Source: an uncultured Gammaproteobacteria bacterium
Lineage (GTDB): Bacteria > Patescibacteriota > Microgenomatia > Levybacterales > UBA12049
Direction of reading: 5' to 3'
NCBI GenBank assembly: GCA_964520695.1
Contig: CAZFNO010000001.1
Span: 8,211-72,210, forward strand
Length of the DNA stretch: 64,000 nt
Shown: positions 10,807 to 20,462 of the stretch, piece by piece
Layout of the letters: every line of letters begins with the position of its first letter
Numbering within the stretch: the stretch's first letter is position 1
Notes under the pieces: generated by a model
The model's database searches: none
Told to the model about the DNA's origin: nothing
What the model saw: the letters and a program-made list of their open reading frames with translations, nothing else
Made by a program: the position numbers and the translations under genes

Positions 10807-11514
10807 ATGAATGTGATATATAAATTAAAGTATTTTTATCAGAGAAAAATATTCCCTGGCTTTAAAACAGATAGTGACTCTCTAGTCATAGATATTGGGT
10901 CGGGGGATAGGCCGTTTTGGCGCGCAGATGTTTATTTAGATAAGCTAACACTTGGAAATAATCAGCGCACATCACAAACTTCCACAATTCATAGTATTGG
11001 AAAATTTATTAATAGCGATGCAGAAAAAATGCCATTTAAAAACAAAGTTTTCGATTTCTCATTCTGTAGTCATCTATTGGAACACGTTGAAGATCCTGGG
11101 AAAGTTATTAATGAGATTATAAGGGTTTCAAAGGCAGGTTACCTTGAAGTACCGAATGGGATTTTGGAAGCAATAGAGCCTTTTGATACTCATTTATGGT
11201 TTGTTTTTTATGACGGCAAAAAGCTAATTTTTTACAGAAAAAGTAAAAAATTTCATGATAACCTTTATAAAAACGGGGTAAACTATATTGGACTTATTAA
11301 TAAGATAGATGAACCGTTCATCAGATTTTATTGGAAAAAATATATTAGGTACGAAATAATTAATGATCATCCCAAAAAGGAAAGATATATGAGTCCAATG
11401 CAAAAAGATGAAAATAAAAGTAAGCAATCTTTCAATTACTATATTATACTGGTTAAACTTCTAAGATTTATTTTTTATAAAAATAAGTCAACTGAAGGTA
11501 TTGAAAAAATATAG
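10807..11514 (+). CDS. Class I SAM-dependent methyltransferase
   Basis: '[10 protein letters not shown]', '[16 protein letters not shown]'. Confidence 0.65.
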   Translation: MNVIYKLKYFYQRKIFPGFKTDSDSLVIDIGSGDRPFWRADVYLDKLTLGNNQRTSQTSTIHSIGKFINSDAEKMPFKNKVFDFSFCSHLLEHVEDPGKVINEIIRVSKAGYLEVPNGILEAIEPFDTHLWFVFYDGKKLIFYRKSKKFHDNLYKNGVNYIGLINKIDEPFIRFYWKKYIRYEIINDHPKKERYMSPMQKDENKSKQSFNYYIILVKLLRFIFYKNKSTEGIEKI

Positions 11515-11515
11515 A

Positions 11516-12121
11516 ATGAAGACTTCAATAAAAAATATTTTCTCTGTATTGAAAAGAAAGGGGATAGTAGAATCCTTTGTTTATTCCCTTGAACTAATTT
11601 TAATCAAGCTTTTCTCGATTACTAAAATATTTTTTCTAAAAATTAGAGGCTACAATATCGACTACACGGTTATCTTAAAAGGAAATAATTTTTTCTTTCA
11701 ATCTGTAAGAGCCGCAATTAATATTTCTAAAAATTCAATAATCGGAAAAAGCACTAGAATTAGTGCAGGCGATAATGGAAAAATATCTATTGGGAGAGAT
11801 GTTTTGATAGATGATTTCACCTATATCATGTCTCATGGAAAAATTGAAATCGGTGACAATTCAAAAATTGCGTCATTTTGTTTTATTATAGATTTTAACC
11901 ATAAATATAAAGATAAGATTAAAAATCTAGTAGAACAAGGATATGAAACAAACCCAATTAAAATCGGTAAAAATGTCTGGATAGGCACTCACGTAATAAT
12001 TCTCCCGGGAGTGACAATAGGCGACAGGGCGATCATTGGAGCAGGATCTGTTGTCACTAAAGATATTTCTTCTGCTTCTATTGCGGTTGGTAATCCTGCC
12101 AAAGTAATAAAGAAATATTAA
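11516..12121 (+). CDS. Hexapeptide-repeat (LbH) sugar O-acyltransferase
   Basis: Tandem [LIV]-G-x4 hexapeptides '[34 protein letters not shown]'; ATG at 11516 preferred to the TTG at 11501. Confidence 0.75.
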   Translation: MKTSIKNIFSVLKRKGIVESFVYSLELILIKLFSITKIFFLKIRGYNIDYTVILKGNNFFFQSVRAAINISKNSIIGKSTRISAGDNGKISIGRDVLIDDFTYIMSHGKIEIGDNSKIASFCFIIDFNHKYKDKIKNLVEQGYETNPIKIGKNVWIGTHVIILPGVTIGDRAIIGAGSVVTKDISSASIAVGNPAKVIKKY

Positions 12122-12127
12122 TTTATT

Positions 12128-14353
12128 ATGAGCATAATTCAATCCCGATGGTTAAAAATTAGTCTTAATATTGTAATCATTGGATTTTTGTTCTTACTCC
12201 CATATTACCTATTTGATGGGAGACTCTTTTTGGGGGGAGATGATACTCGACTTCATTACATTTATCCAGCAGAGTTTTTAAAAAACCTGTCATTTTATTC
12301 ATGGGTAAATATCTCCTCACTACCGTCCTATCTTCCCAACCATCACTCAATACCATTTCTTTTTGTTTTTTCAATTTTAGATAGCATTTTAAACAATAAG
12401 ACTCAGCTTTTTTATTTCGCGTTTTCATTACCATTTGTTCTTGGATTCATTTACTCCCAAAAATTTATTAGAGAACTTGTGGATGAGGATTTTGGGATAT
12501 CTTTTACCGCTTCCTTGATATACATTTTTTCTCCAATAACAGTAGTAAGCCAGATGTATAATTTTTTATTTTCAATGTATCTTGTAGCCGCAGTTCCTAT
12601 TGTTGCATATTACTATATTTGTTATTTAAAAAAAGGGAAAAAAACCGAAGTCTATAAAGTAGTCTTTTGGTCAATTTTCTTTTCAATTGCATTTCTGGCT
12701 ATTCAGTGGATATTAGGGATTTTGCTTCCATTAGTATTAGGGCTTATCTTAATGGTATTTATAGACAATCCGATTAGAAAAATAGCAAGAAGAACAGTTA
12801 TTTTCTTTTACTTTGTTATATCTAGTCAGTTATTTTGGCTTACTCCTTTTATAGTTTCCATTTTATATAAAGGTGACAGTAACCTAGGTGAGAAAATATC
12901 ATCACAGAATTTTCTTGATAGTTTTTCTCAGACAGTAACAGGAACAGCTACTAGCAACATTATCTACCCATTATTAACTTTTTATCACAGACAGATAGCT
13001 TTTGATTATGAATGGCATCTTAAAAATGTCTTTAGTAATTACTTCGATTATGTTATGCCACTTAGCATTATTTTTATTTTAGTTCTATTTTTAGGACTTG
13101 TTAAGTATAATCAGGTGTTAAATAATGATAAAAAACAAATATTTATTTTTTTCTTTGCCTCATTTATTTTTATACTATATTTTTCTACAGTTAATATAAG
13201 CTTTCTCAAAGATATTTTTTTGCTTTTGGGTCACGTTCCTGGATTTGCCATATTCAGAAATTTTACAGATAAGTTTGCCCTTTCTTATATTTTTATTTAT
13301 TCTTCTTTATTTGCTTTATGTATCTACGTCATTAAAAAAAGGTACGGGAAATTTCATAAACTGATTATCTTTGCAACAATAATTGTAGTTGTTATTAACT
13401 TTTTCCCAGTAAGACAAATATTAAATAGTCCATTATGGAAAACAAGAAATGTTTATACAACTGTAAATTTTCCCAAGGAATATGTACATTTTGCGGAAAA
13501 CACAAAACGCACTATCCCAGATACAACCAATATTATCGTATTTCCTCAAAACATAACCTCCTATTCAATAATAACTGAGGATAATGGTAAAAATGCTTAC
13601 ATAGGAACTTCTCCTTTTAAATATTTAACTGGAGTAAATGATCTAACCGGATTGACTTCTTATCCGTTATATATATCAATTGAGGTAAAAAAATTAATTA
13701 TAGGGAGAAACTATGAGGGCCTACTCAAGCTCCTTTCACAAATAAATACAGGTTATGCTATGGTGATCAATAATATTCCGGAAGAGGTTTATGACTCCTA
13801 TTTGTTTGAGGAGAAGTATCTTGAGTTTCAAGATCAAAAATTAATTGACGCTATCTCTGAAAAAGAAATAGTAAAAAGCAATAATGGAAATTATGTGGTT
13901 TTTAAACTGAGAAATTCTCCATCCGTTATTTCTTCAACTGCTGACTTTTCATTCAAGAAACATAACCAAATAAAATACGAAATAACACTTAAGGGTTTAA
14001 AAGGTGAACATGAGCTTATTTTCCGAGAAACTTATCATCCCGGCTGGAAACTTTTTGTTACAAAAAAAGATCAACAAAAATGGTTTTACCTTTTTAGAAA
14101 TCCAGTATTTGAAACTTCTCATAAACAAGCAAAGGTATATGGCAATAAATGGACAATTAGCGAAAAAGAGATAAAAATTAATTTAGATAAGGATGATTAT
14201 AAACTGAACTCCGACGGCTCAATTGAAGTGGAATTTGATTTGTATTTTTTCCCTCAAAGCTATTTTTATATAGGGATAATTATGAGTGCCTTTTTTCTTT
14301 TTACCGGTGGTTTTTATTTTTTCAGAAAAACTAAGAATAAAAAAAATAACTAA
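12128..14353 (+). CDS. Large polytopic membrane glycosyltransferase, GT-C fold with YfhO-like C-terminal domain (paralog A)
   Basis: 'GGDDTRLHY' acidic loop after TM1, >12 TM helices, soluble C-terminal domain with 'YHPGWKLFV'; paralogous to 16386..18803. Confidence 0.5.
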   Translation: MSIIQSRWLKISLNIVIIGFLFLLPYYLFDGRLFLGGDDTRLHYIYPAEFLKNLSFYSWVNISSLPSYLPNHHSIPFLFVFSILDSILNNKTQLFYFAFSLPFVLGFIYSQKFIRELVDEDFGISFTASLIYIFSPITVVSQMYNFLFSMYLVAAVPIVAYYYICYLKKGKKTEVYKVVFWSIFFSIAFLAIQWILGILLPLVLGLILMVFIDNPIRKIARRTVIFFYFVISSQLFWLTPFIVSILYKGDSNLGEKISSQNFLDSFSQTVTGTATSNIIYPLLTFYHRQIAFDYEWHLKNVFSNYFDYVMPLSIIFILVLFLGLVKYNQVLNNDKKQIFIFFFASFIFILYFSTVNISFLKDIFLLLGHVPGFAIFRNFTDKFALSYIFIYSSLFALCIYVIKKRYGKFHKLIIFATIIVVVINFFPVRQILNSPLWKTRNVYTTVNFPKEYVHFAENTKRTIPDTTNIIVFPQNITSYSIITEDNGKNAYIGTSPFKYLTGVNDLTGLTSYPLYISIEVKKLIIGRNYEGLLKLLSQINTGYAMVINNIPEEVYDSYLFEEKYLEFQDQKLIDAISEKEIVKSNNGNYVVFKLRNSPSVISSTADFSFKKHNQIKYEITLKGLKGEHELIFRETYHPGWKLFVTKKDQQKWFYLFRNPVFETSHKQAKVYGNKWTISEKEIKINLDKDDYKLNSDGSIEVEFDLYFFPQSYFYIGIIMSAFFLFTGGFYFFRKTKNKKNN

Positions 14354-14366
14354 TTTAGCATTAAGT

Positions 14367-15392
14367 ATGTATTCTAATAAATTTGTAAAATGGATACTGA
14401 TTCCTGGTTTGCTACTGCTTTTATGGATCTCGCTATCTCTGTTTTATAGTTCATATAGAAGTTTTACAGTTTTACAATACGGCCACAAGACAGATGTTTC
14501 TAACAACTTTGGTGAAAGACAATTACTAAAGAATCAGAAGATTCAGGGAAAATTTGTGGCAAAGGAGAATTATTTAGGCATAATCTCTATAAGATTCGGA
14601 GATATTCCGAAGGTAGATTATGATGAAGAAGATTTAATATTGTTTAGAATTAGAGAAAAAGGCCAACAAGATTGGATATATGAAAATAAATATAGGTCTG
14701 GCTCTTTTTTACAAAATCAATATTTCCCATTCGGATTTAAGCAAATAGAAAACTCCAAAGGAAAAGTATATGAATTTGAATTAATTTCCTTAAATGGAGA
14801 AGAATTCAATTCTGTTGAAATAAAAAACACAAATCCTATCTATTTTTCAAAGTATAAATTTCCAAAAAATGAGATTTTTAAAGACAGTAATTCTATTATA
14901 AAATTTATGACTAAAAAATTAATAACTTTTGCAAATAGTTATGATGCATTGCTTTCTTCTTTTGCATTCTTAATTCCTTTTATTTTCTACATGTTGTGGA
15001 TAATATTTTTTGAAATATGGGTCAAAAGTAAAGGAATAATAAACAGAAGAAATTTATTCATAACCTTTGTTTCAGCATTGATAATATCAGAAATTATTTT
15101 CTATGAATTTATAATTGCCGGATTTATGTTAGGCCTTCTTGCCTTATGGGTTTTTACAGTTTATGTCTGTAAACTTAAAAGTACAACAACATTTACATTA
15201 GCTTTTATTCTATTAGCAATTTCCATCATAAGTCTCTATTTTGATTTGGGGGTATCAGCTGACAAGGCTTCAACTTATGCTTATTTTTTGATTATAGTTG
15301 GATTTGCGCAAAGTATAGGGGAGCATAAGAATTACAAACTAAATGATTTGAAAAAGAAATTTCATTTTAAGATTGAGGATAAAACGTCTTGA
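14367..15392 (+). CDS. Membrane protein, partner of the GT-C paralog (TM - ~150 aa soluble domain - 4 TM)
   Basis: N-terminal TM, central hydrophilic domain ('FRIREKGQQDWIYENKYRSG'), C-terminal helices; paralog of 18800..19798; ATG at 14367. Confidence 0.45.
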   Translation: MYSNKFVKWILIPGLLLLLWISLSLFYSSYRSFTVLQYGHKTDVSNNFGERQLLKNQKIQGKFVAKENYLGIISIRFGDIPKVDYDEEDLILFRIREKGQQDWIYENKYRSGSFLQNQYFPFGFKQIENSKGKVYEFELISLNGEEFNSVEIKNTNPIYFSKYKFPKNEIFKDSNSIIKFMTKKLITFANSYDALLSSFAFLIPFIFYMLWIIFFEIWVKSKGIINRRNLFITFVSALIISEIIFYEFIIAGFMLGLLALWVFTVYVCKLKSTTTFTLAFILLAISIISLYFDLGVSADKASTYAYFLIIVGFAQSIGEHKNYKLNDLKKKFHFKIEDKTS

Positions 15393-16348
15393 AAATGCTG
15401 AGCTAATTTTTTTTGACTCTCTAAAGAGGGATGAACGTCATCAGAAAAATCATTTTCTTCAAGCCAGGAGAATGGATCAATAAAATATAAGTTGTTTTTT
15501 TCTGCTAAAATCTTAATTACATTATTATAATTTTGCAATACGTTCTTATTAATATCATTCCTTTGCAATATCCCCACAAGAAATATTTTCCCATCAGGAT
15601 TAAATTTTTTTACATCAGAAACTATTTTAGAATAGTCTTTTTCAAAAGTATCAAGCTCTACATTTCTTGTCGTATCATTAGTGCCCAGAAAAATAATTAT
15701 TACATTCGATTTAAAGCTCATTAAGTCTTTTTTATAACGTTTGATTGCGTTATCGGCACCTGATACTTCCGAAACGGTTGATTCGATAATGCTCGCATTG
15801 TGAAGTTCATAACCTAAATCTTCAGCCAAGAGATGAGTGTAGTTATTTTTTCCATATATCGTAGAAATTGAATCCCCAAGGATTGAGAGAGTTTTGTCGT
15901 GTTTTCTGTAGGAAGTTATGTCTGCACTCCTTTCAACGTAGATTCCTTTTATAGTTATCTGGCATGGATTATAGAAAAAACTGCAGAAGTGGCGAACTGT
16001 AACGGTGTGCGGCTTTTTTTTATCAACAGCAATCGATAGCCTTTGAGTTTCTAAGTTCGGGGAAGAGATTGAATAAACCTTTTCGTCCACAAGTATTTCC
16101 GCTCCCTGATCTGCTTTTGAGTTAGTATCGAATTCAAAGGCTATTTCCTGACTATTATTTATTATAAAACTAAACTCACTTCCTGAATAATTGCTTTGAT
16201 TATTTATCCATCCAACGCCCCTATTTATAGATCCACTGTTTGCAACATTTTTACTTTTGTCGTTGAATAATAAAATATAGGACAAGATTAGTGCTAAAAT
16301 AGATAAAAATATAATTCCTCGTCTAAAATATAAATGTTTTAATTTCAT
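15362..16348 (-). CDS. SGNH/GDSL-family hydrolase with N-terminal membrane anchor
   Basis: Block I 'LGDSIS', block III 'GTNDT', block V 'DDVHPS'; N-terminal hydrophobic helix. Confidence 0.7.
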   Translation of the reverse strand: MKLKHLYFRRGIIFLSILALILSYILLFNDKSKNVANSGSINRGVGWINNQSNYSGSEFSFIINNSQEIAFEFDTNSKADQGAEILVDEKVYSISSPNLETQRLSIAVDKKKPHTVTVRHFCSFFYNPCQITIKGIYVERSADITSYRKHDKTLSILGDSISTIYGKNNYTHLLAEDLGYELHNASIIESTVSEVSGADNAIKRYKKDLMSFKSNVIIIFLGTNDTTRNVELDTFEKDYSKIVSDVKKFNPDGKIFLVGILQRNDINKNVLQNYNNVIKILAEKNNLYFIDPFSWLEENDFSDDVHPSLESQKKLAQHFQDVLSSILK

Positions 16349-16385
16349 TTAGTTTATTCCATGATTATATATTTTTCATAAAAAC

Positions 16386-18803
16386 ATGACAAATAATAAT
16401 ATTTATCTATTGCAGTTTACAAAAAAATATCTTGCTGTTATATTTATAAAATTAATGCACAGGATTTATCCTTCTTCATCAAAAGTTATTAAGTTTTTTA
16501 CAAAAAACTATTTCACCATATTAAACTTTCTGATAATTATTTTCTTACTTCTTCTTCCATACTTTTTATTTGAAGGAAAGTTATTTATCGGCGGTGATGA
16601 TACGAGGCTCTTTTATGCATATCCGAAAGATTATTTAATAAATACTCAATTTTTTGCATGGACTAATTTATCCTCTGTCGGCTGGAATTTTTCTTATCAC
16701 TCTTTTCTTCCTTTTGTATCTTTATGGACAATATTGAGCGAGATTATTGAATCAAAATTAATCTTGAGCTATTTAGCGTTTTCATTTTCTTTTATATTAG
16801 GGTTGGTTTTCTTTCAATTACTTGCAAAAGAATTGATTGTAGAAAAAAAGGAAAGATACAAAGCTGAGATTTTATTAGGATCTCTTTTTTATATTTTCTC
16901 ACCAATAATTATAAATAATCATTTCCTAAACCCTTTAATACCTATATGGCTAATCGGATTAATACCTGCAGTTTGCTACCTTTTTTTGAGGTATTTAAAA
17001 ACAGCAAATCTCATGAATGTTCTTATTGCCTCGATACTCACAACCATTTTTTCTTTTGGATCTCATAATACTCCCTGGGCAGGAGGTTTTTTAATTCCTA
17101 TTTTTCTTTCTATTACGATAGGTTCATTCTTGTTTAAAAAAGGTCAAATATGGTTCTTTATAAGAAGGTTTATAATTTTTTTTGGGATTTTAATCCTAAC
17201 TCAATCGTTCTGGCTTTTCGGCTTCTTGATGGCATTTCTGGATTCTTACTCAAGTAGTTTTACCGCAAAAATAGTATCTGATACCCTGACTAATGAATTT
17301 GCTCGATCAGTCTTGGCGACTTCCAGAGGAACTATTATTTATCCACTTTTAAATTTATTTCCAAGACAAATCGCTTTTGACTATAACTGGACTTTAAAAG
17401 AAGTTTACCTGATGTTTTATGACAGAATTTTTTTTATAAATATAATCTTTATACTGATACTTTTTCTCGGTATTTTAAACTTCAAAACTGTAAAAAATTT
17501 ATGGGAGAGAAAGATATTTGTAATTCTTTTATTGGCTTTTTTACTTTCTCTTTACTTTTTTACGGTAAACATAGGACCCCTTCTTGATTTATACATTTTA
17601 CTTGGTAATATTCCCGGATTTATTCTATTTAGAAATCCTTTTGACAAGTTTGCTATGGGTTTTGCACTAATATATTCTCTTCTAATAACGTATTGCCTTG
17701 TTATACTTAGGCGAAAATTTAAACCCGGCAGTAAAAAATATTTAGTGCTCCTATTTTTATTTTCTTTAGCTATTTTTGCCAACTCAATTATTCCCTTAAG
17801 AAGCATAATAGTTTCTCCTCTTTGGACAACAAGTAAAATTTATAAGAATATCAAAATTCCAGATGAGTACTTAGATTTTATGGATAAGATTAAGAACACG
17901 GTTTCTTCTACTAATAACATTTTTAGCGTACCGTATGGAATTTCACTGTATACAGTTATAAAAGATATAGATTCAAATAACGTTTACGTAGGAGTTTCTC
18001 CGGTAATAATTTTTAGCGGTGTAAACGATATCTCAGGCAACCTCTCATTTAATTATGCCTCGGAAGCTAACACTGCTGAGAAAGCAATTGTAAACAGAAA
18101 TTATGAAGTTTTAAATAATATTTTATTTACACATAATATAAACTATGTATTTGTAACAAAAAATATTCCTGAAGAAGTAAAAAAATCTTTTATATTTAAT
18201 CAGGACGTTTTAAAAGCTCAGGATGAAGAATTTATATCCAACATCACAAAAGAAAGAATTGTCAAAAGTTCGGAAGGAAATTACGAGTTATATTCAGCAA
18301 AGAAGAGAAACTTTCTAATCTCATCTGATAATTTGTCATTTAAAAAAATCAGCAGAGTTAAGTATAAAATTTTGATAAAAAACATAAAAGGAAGACAGGA
18401 ACTTCTTTTTAATGACTCATTTCATCCGGGATGGAAATTATATCCAATGCCTGCAGGGACAAGTTTTGAATGCAAAAATCCAAAAGAAATAACTGAAACT
18501 AAAACCTTTGAATGCGATCATGAAATTAATTTTTTTGAGATAAGTGATCTTGAATACATCTGGAAGGATCCTGTTTTTGAAAATACACACGGAATTAAAA
18601 ACGAATTTTCCAATAAATGGGTGATAGATCCTGTTTTTATTAAAAACAATTTTAACAAAGATAATTACAAAATAAATGAAGATGGTTCCGTGGATTTAAA
18701 TCTTGTTTTATATTTCAAACCACAAGTGTATTTTTATATAGGTATGGCGATAAGTATTTTAAGTTTTGTAATTCTCTCAATTATTGTTTTGAAGCGTAAA
18801 TGA
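16386..18803 (+). CDS. Large polytopic membrane glycosyltransferase, GT-C fold with YfhO-like C-terminal domain (paralog B)
   Basis: 'LFIGGDDTRLFYAYP', many TM helices, C-terminal 'FHPGWKLYP'; colinear with 12128..14353. Confidence 0.5.
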   Translation: MTNNNIYLLQFTKKYLAVIFIKLMHRIYPSSSKVIKFFTKNYFTILNFLIIIFLLLLPYFLFEGKLFIGGDDTRLFYAYPKDYLINTQFFAWTNLSSVGWNFSYHSFLPFVSLWTILSEIIESKLILSYLAFSFSFILGLVFFQLLAKELIVEKKERYKAEILLGSLFYIFSPIIINNHFLNPLIPIWLIGLIPAVCYLFLRYLKTANLMNVLIASILTTIFSFGSHNTPWAGGFLIPIFLSITIGSFLFKKGQIWFFIRRFIIFFGILILTQSFWLFGFLMAFLDSYSSSFTAKIVSDTLTNEFARSVLATSRGTIIYPLLNLFPRQIAFDYNWTLKEVYLMFYDRIFFINIIFILILFLGILNFKTVKNLWERKIFVILLLAFLLSLYFFTVNIGPLLDLYILLGNIPGFILFRNPFDKFAMGFALIYSLLITYCLVILRRKFKPGSKKYLVLLFLFSLAIFANSIIPLRSIIVSPLWTTSKIYKNIKIPDEYLDFMDKIKNTVSSTNNIFSVPYGISLYTVIKDIDSNNVYVGVSPVIIFSGVNDISGNLSFNYASEANTAEKAIVNRNYEVLNNILFTHNINYVFVTKNIPEEVKKSFIFNQDVLKAQDEEFISNITKERIVKSSEGNYELYSAKKRNFLISSDNLSFKKISRVKYKILIKNIKGRQELLFNDSFHPGWKLYPMPAGTSFECKNPKEITETKTFECDHEINFFEISDLEYIWKDPVFENTHGIKNEFSNKWVIDPVFIKNNFNKDNYKINEDGSVDLNLVLYFKPQVYFYIGMAISILSFVILSIIVLKRK

Positions 18804-19798
18804 AGATTTATTTTAATAAAAATTATCTAAAAATAGCCTCTTTTATAATTATCCCTACTTTAATTTTATTTTGGGTGGTTACTTCCCTTCTTTTTATAAA
18901 TCGTATAAGTTTTTCTGTAGTAACCTACCAAACGAGAAATTTAGTTGATTCTGATAATTATTCTGAAATCTATAGAGAAAGATCCTATAAGGGGGAATTT
19001 GAAGCAATTGATAATAATTTAGGATTGGTAATTGTTGATTTAGGCAATTACAGAAGACCGGAATCGGCAAATGAGTACGTAATAGTTTTTAGATTTAAGG
19101 AAAAGGGAGATAGTGGGTGGGCAATTCAAAGAGAATATGACTCAGGACTTTTTGATAGTCAAAGTCAATTTTCTTTTGGAATACCTGTGTTGGTGGATTC
19201 TAAAAATAAATATTTTCAATTTGAGATTGCATCAGAAAAAGGAAGCTTGGAAAATCACATTAAAATCAAGAAAAAATCATCATTTATAACAGGATATCAA
19301 TATTCAAAGTCAGAAATTTTAGGAGTAGATTTGAAAGCTTTTAACTTTTTCTATAGTAAATTTTTAGGATTTATTACGGATTTAGAACTATTGACGAAAT
19401 CTTTAATTTATTTAATCCCATTAGCAATATATATATTGGTTTTATTCTTCTTGAATCGCATTTTTCTAAGAGTAAAATACGTTAATATTCCATTTACTGG
19501 TAAATATCTTAAGGTTCTGTTATTGCTAGTGCTTATAAAATTATTGCTGCCACAAGATTTTAAGGTTAGTATGTTTTTTATCTTAGTGGGAGTTTGGACG
19601 GCCATCGTGTATTTTCTAAAACTAAAAAGCAGTGTGTCGTTTTTGTTAAGCTTCACTCTTTTAATTTTATGGATTCTAATTATTCCATTTGATCTTTCAA
19701 ATATTCAAAAGTTGTTGAATGTATCGGTTTACATATTTTTAGCATTCGGAGTCTTTCAGCTGTTATATGAAGAGGTAGGAAGGGTGAGTAAAAAATGA
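18800..19798 (+). CDS. Membrane protein, partner of GT-C paralog B
   Basis: Same architecture as 14367..15392 ('FRFKEKGDSGWAIQREYDSG'); ATGA overlap with the upstream gene. Confidence 0.45.
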   Translation: MKIYFNKNYLKIASFIIIPTLILFWVVTSLLFINRISFSVVTYQTRNLVDSDNYSEIYRERSYKGEFEAIDNNLGLVIVDLGNYRRPESANEYVIVFRFKEKGDSGWAIQREYDSGLFDSQSQFSFGIPVLVDSKNKYFQFEIASEKGSLENHIKIKKKSSFITGYQYSKSEILGVDLKAFNFFYSKFLGFITDLELLTKSLIYLIPLAIYILVLFFLNRIFLRVKYVNIPFTGKYLKVLLLLVLIKLLLPQDFKVSMFFILVGVWTAIVYFLKLKSSVSFLLSFTLLILWILIIPFDLSNIQKLLNVSVYIFLAFGVFQLLYEEVGRVSKK

Positions 19799-20460
19799 GA
19801 GAAAGAGTATTTGTTAAAAAATATAAATATGGATATATTCTTGAGGAAGAAAGTCAGGTGTTTTTTAGAGATTTGTATGAAAGGCTTGGCTTGAGTCGTC
19901 TTTTTTTGAATAAAAAAATTTTGGATGTAGGATGCGGTTTTGGTACAGGAACAATAATTTTTTCAGAATTCGCTAAACTGGTAATAGGAGTCGATATAAT
20001 TGAATACAATGAATGGGAACTTTTTAAAAGTAATAAGATAAAATTTCGGAAAGCAAGCTCTACAATGCTTCCTTTTGATGATAATTCCTTTGACGGAGTT
20101 TATCTAAAGGATTTACTGCATCACATTAAAGGAGCGGATAAGACTCTTAGAGAAATAAAGAGAGTTACTAAGAATAACGGAATTATAGTAATAGTTGAAG
20201 CAAATAGGTATAACCCTGTTTTTTACCCATATGTAACTAAAATAAAAGGACATGATCATTTTACTCAAAAAGAATTCAAGAATTTGATTGAGGAGAATTT
20301 CTCGGATCGAAAATTTATTTATTTGGAAGCTTATCCGCCATTTAGATTTCCCCTAAAATTTTATAAATACATTTTAAAGATTGAAAAATTAGTAAATAAG
20401 ATAGAGTTTCTTAAGCCAATATTTTGCTACAATGTGGCCATTATAAAAAATTCTAAATAG
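19795..20460 (+). CDS. Class I SAM-dependent methyltransferase
   Basis: 'ILDVGCGFGTGT' motif I, 'FDGVYLKDLLHHI'. Confidence 0.7.
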   Translation: MRERVFVKKYKYGYILEEESQVFFRDLYERLGLSRLFLNKKILDVGCGFGTGTIIFSEFAKLVIGVDIIEYNEWELFKSNKIKFRKASSTMLPFDDNSFDGVYLKDLLHHIKGADKTLREIKRVTKNNGIIVIVEANRYNPVFYPYVTKIKGHDHFTQKEFKNLIEENFSDRKFIYLEAYPPFRFPLKFYKYILKIEKLVNKIEFLKPIFCYNVAIIKNSK

Positions 20461-20462
20461 AA

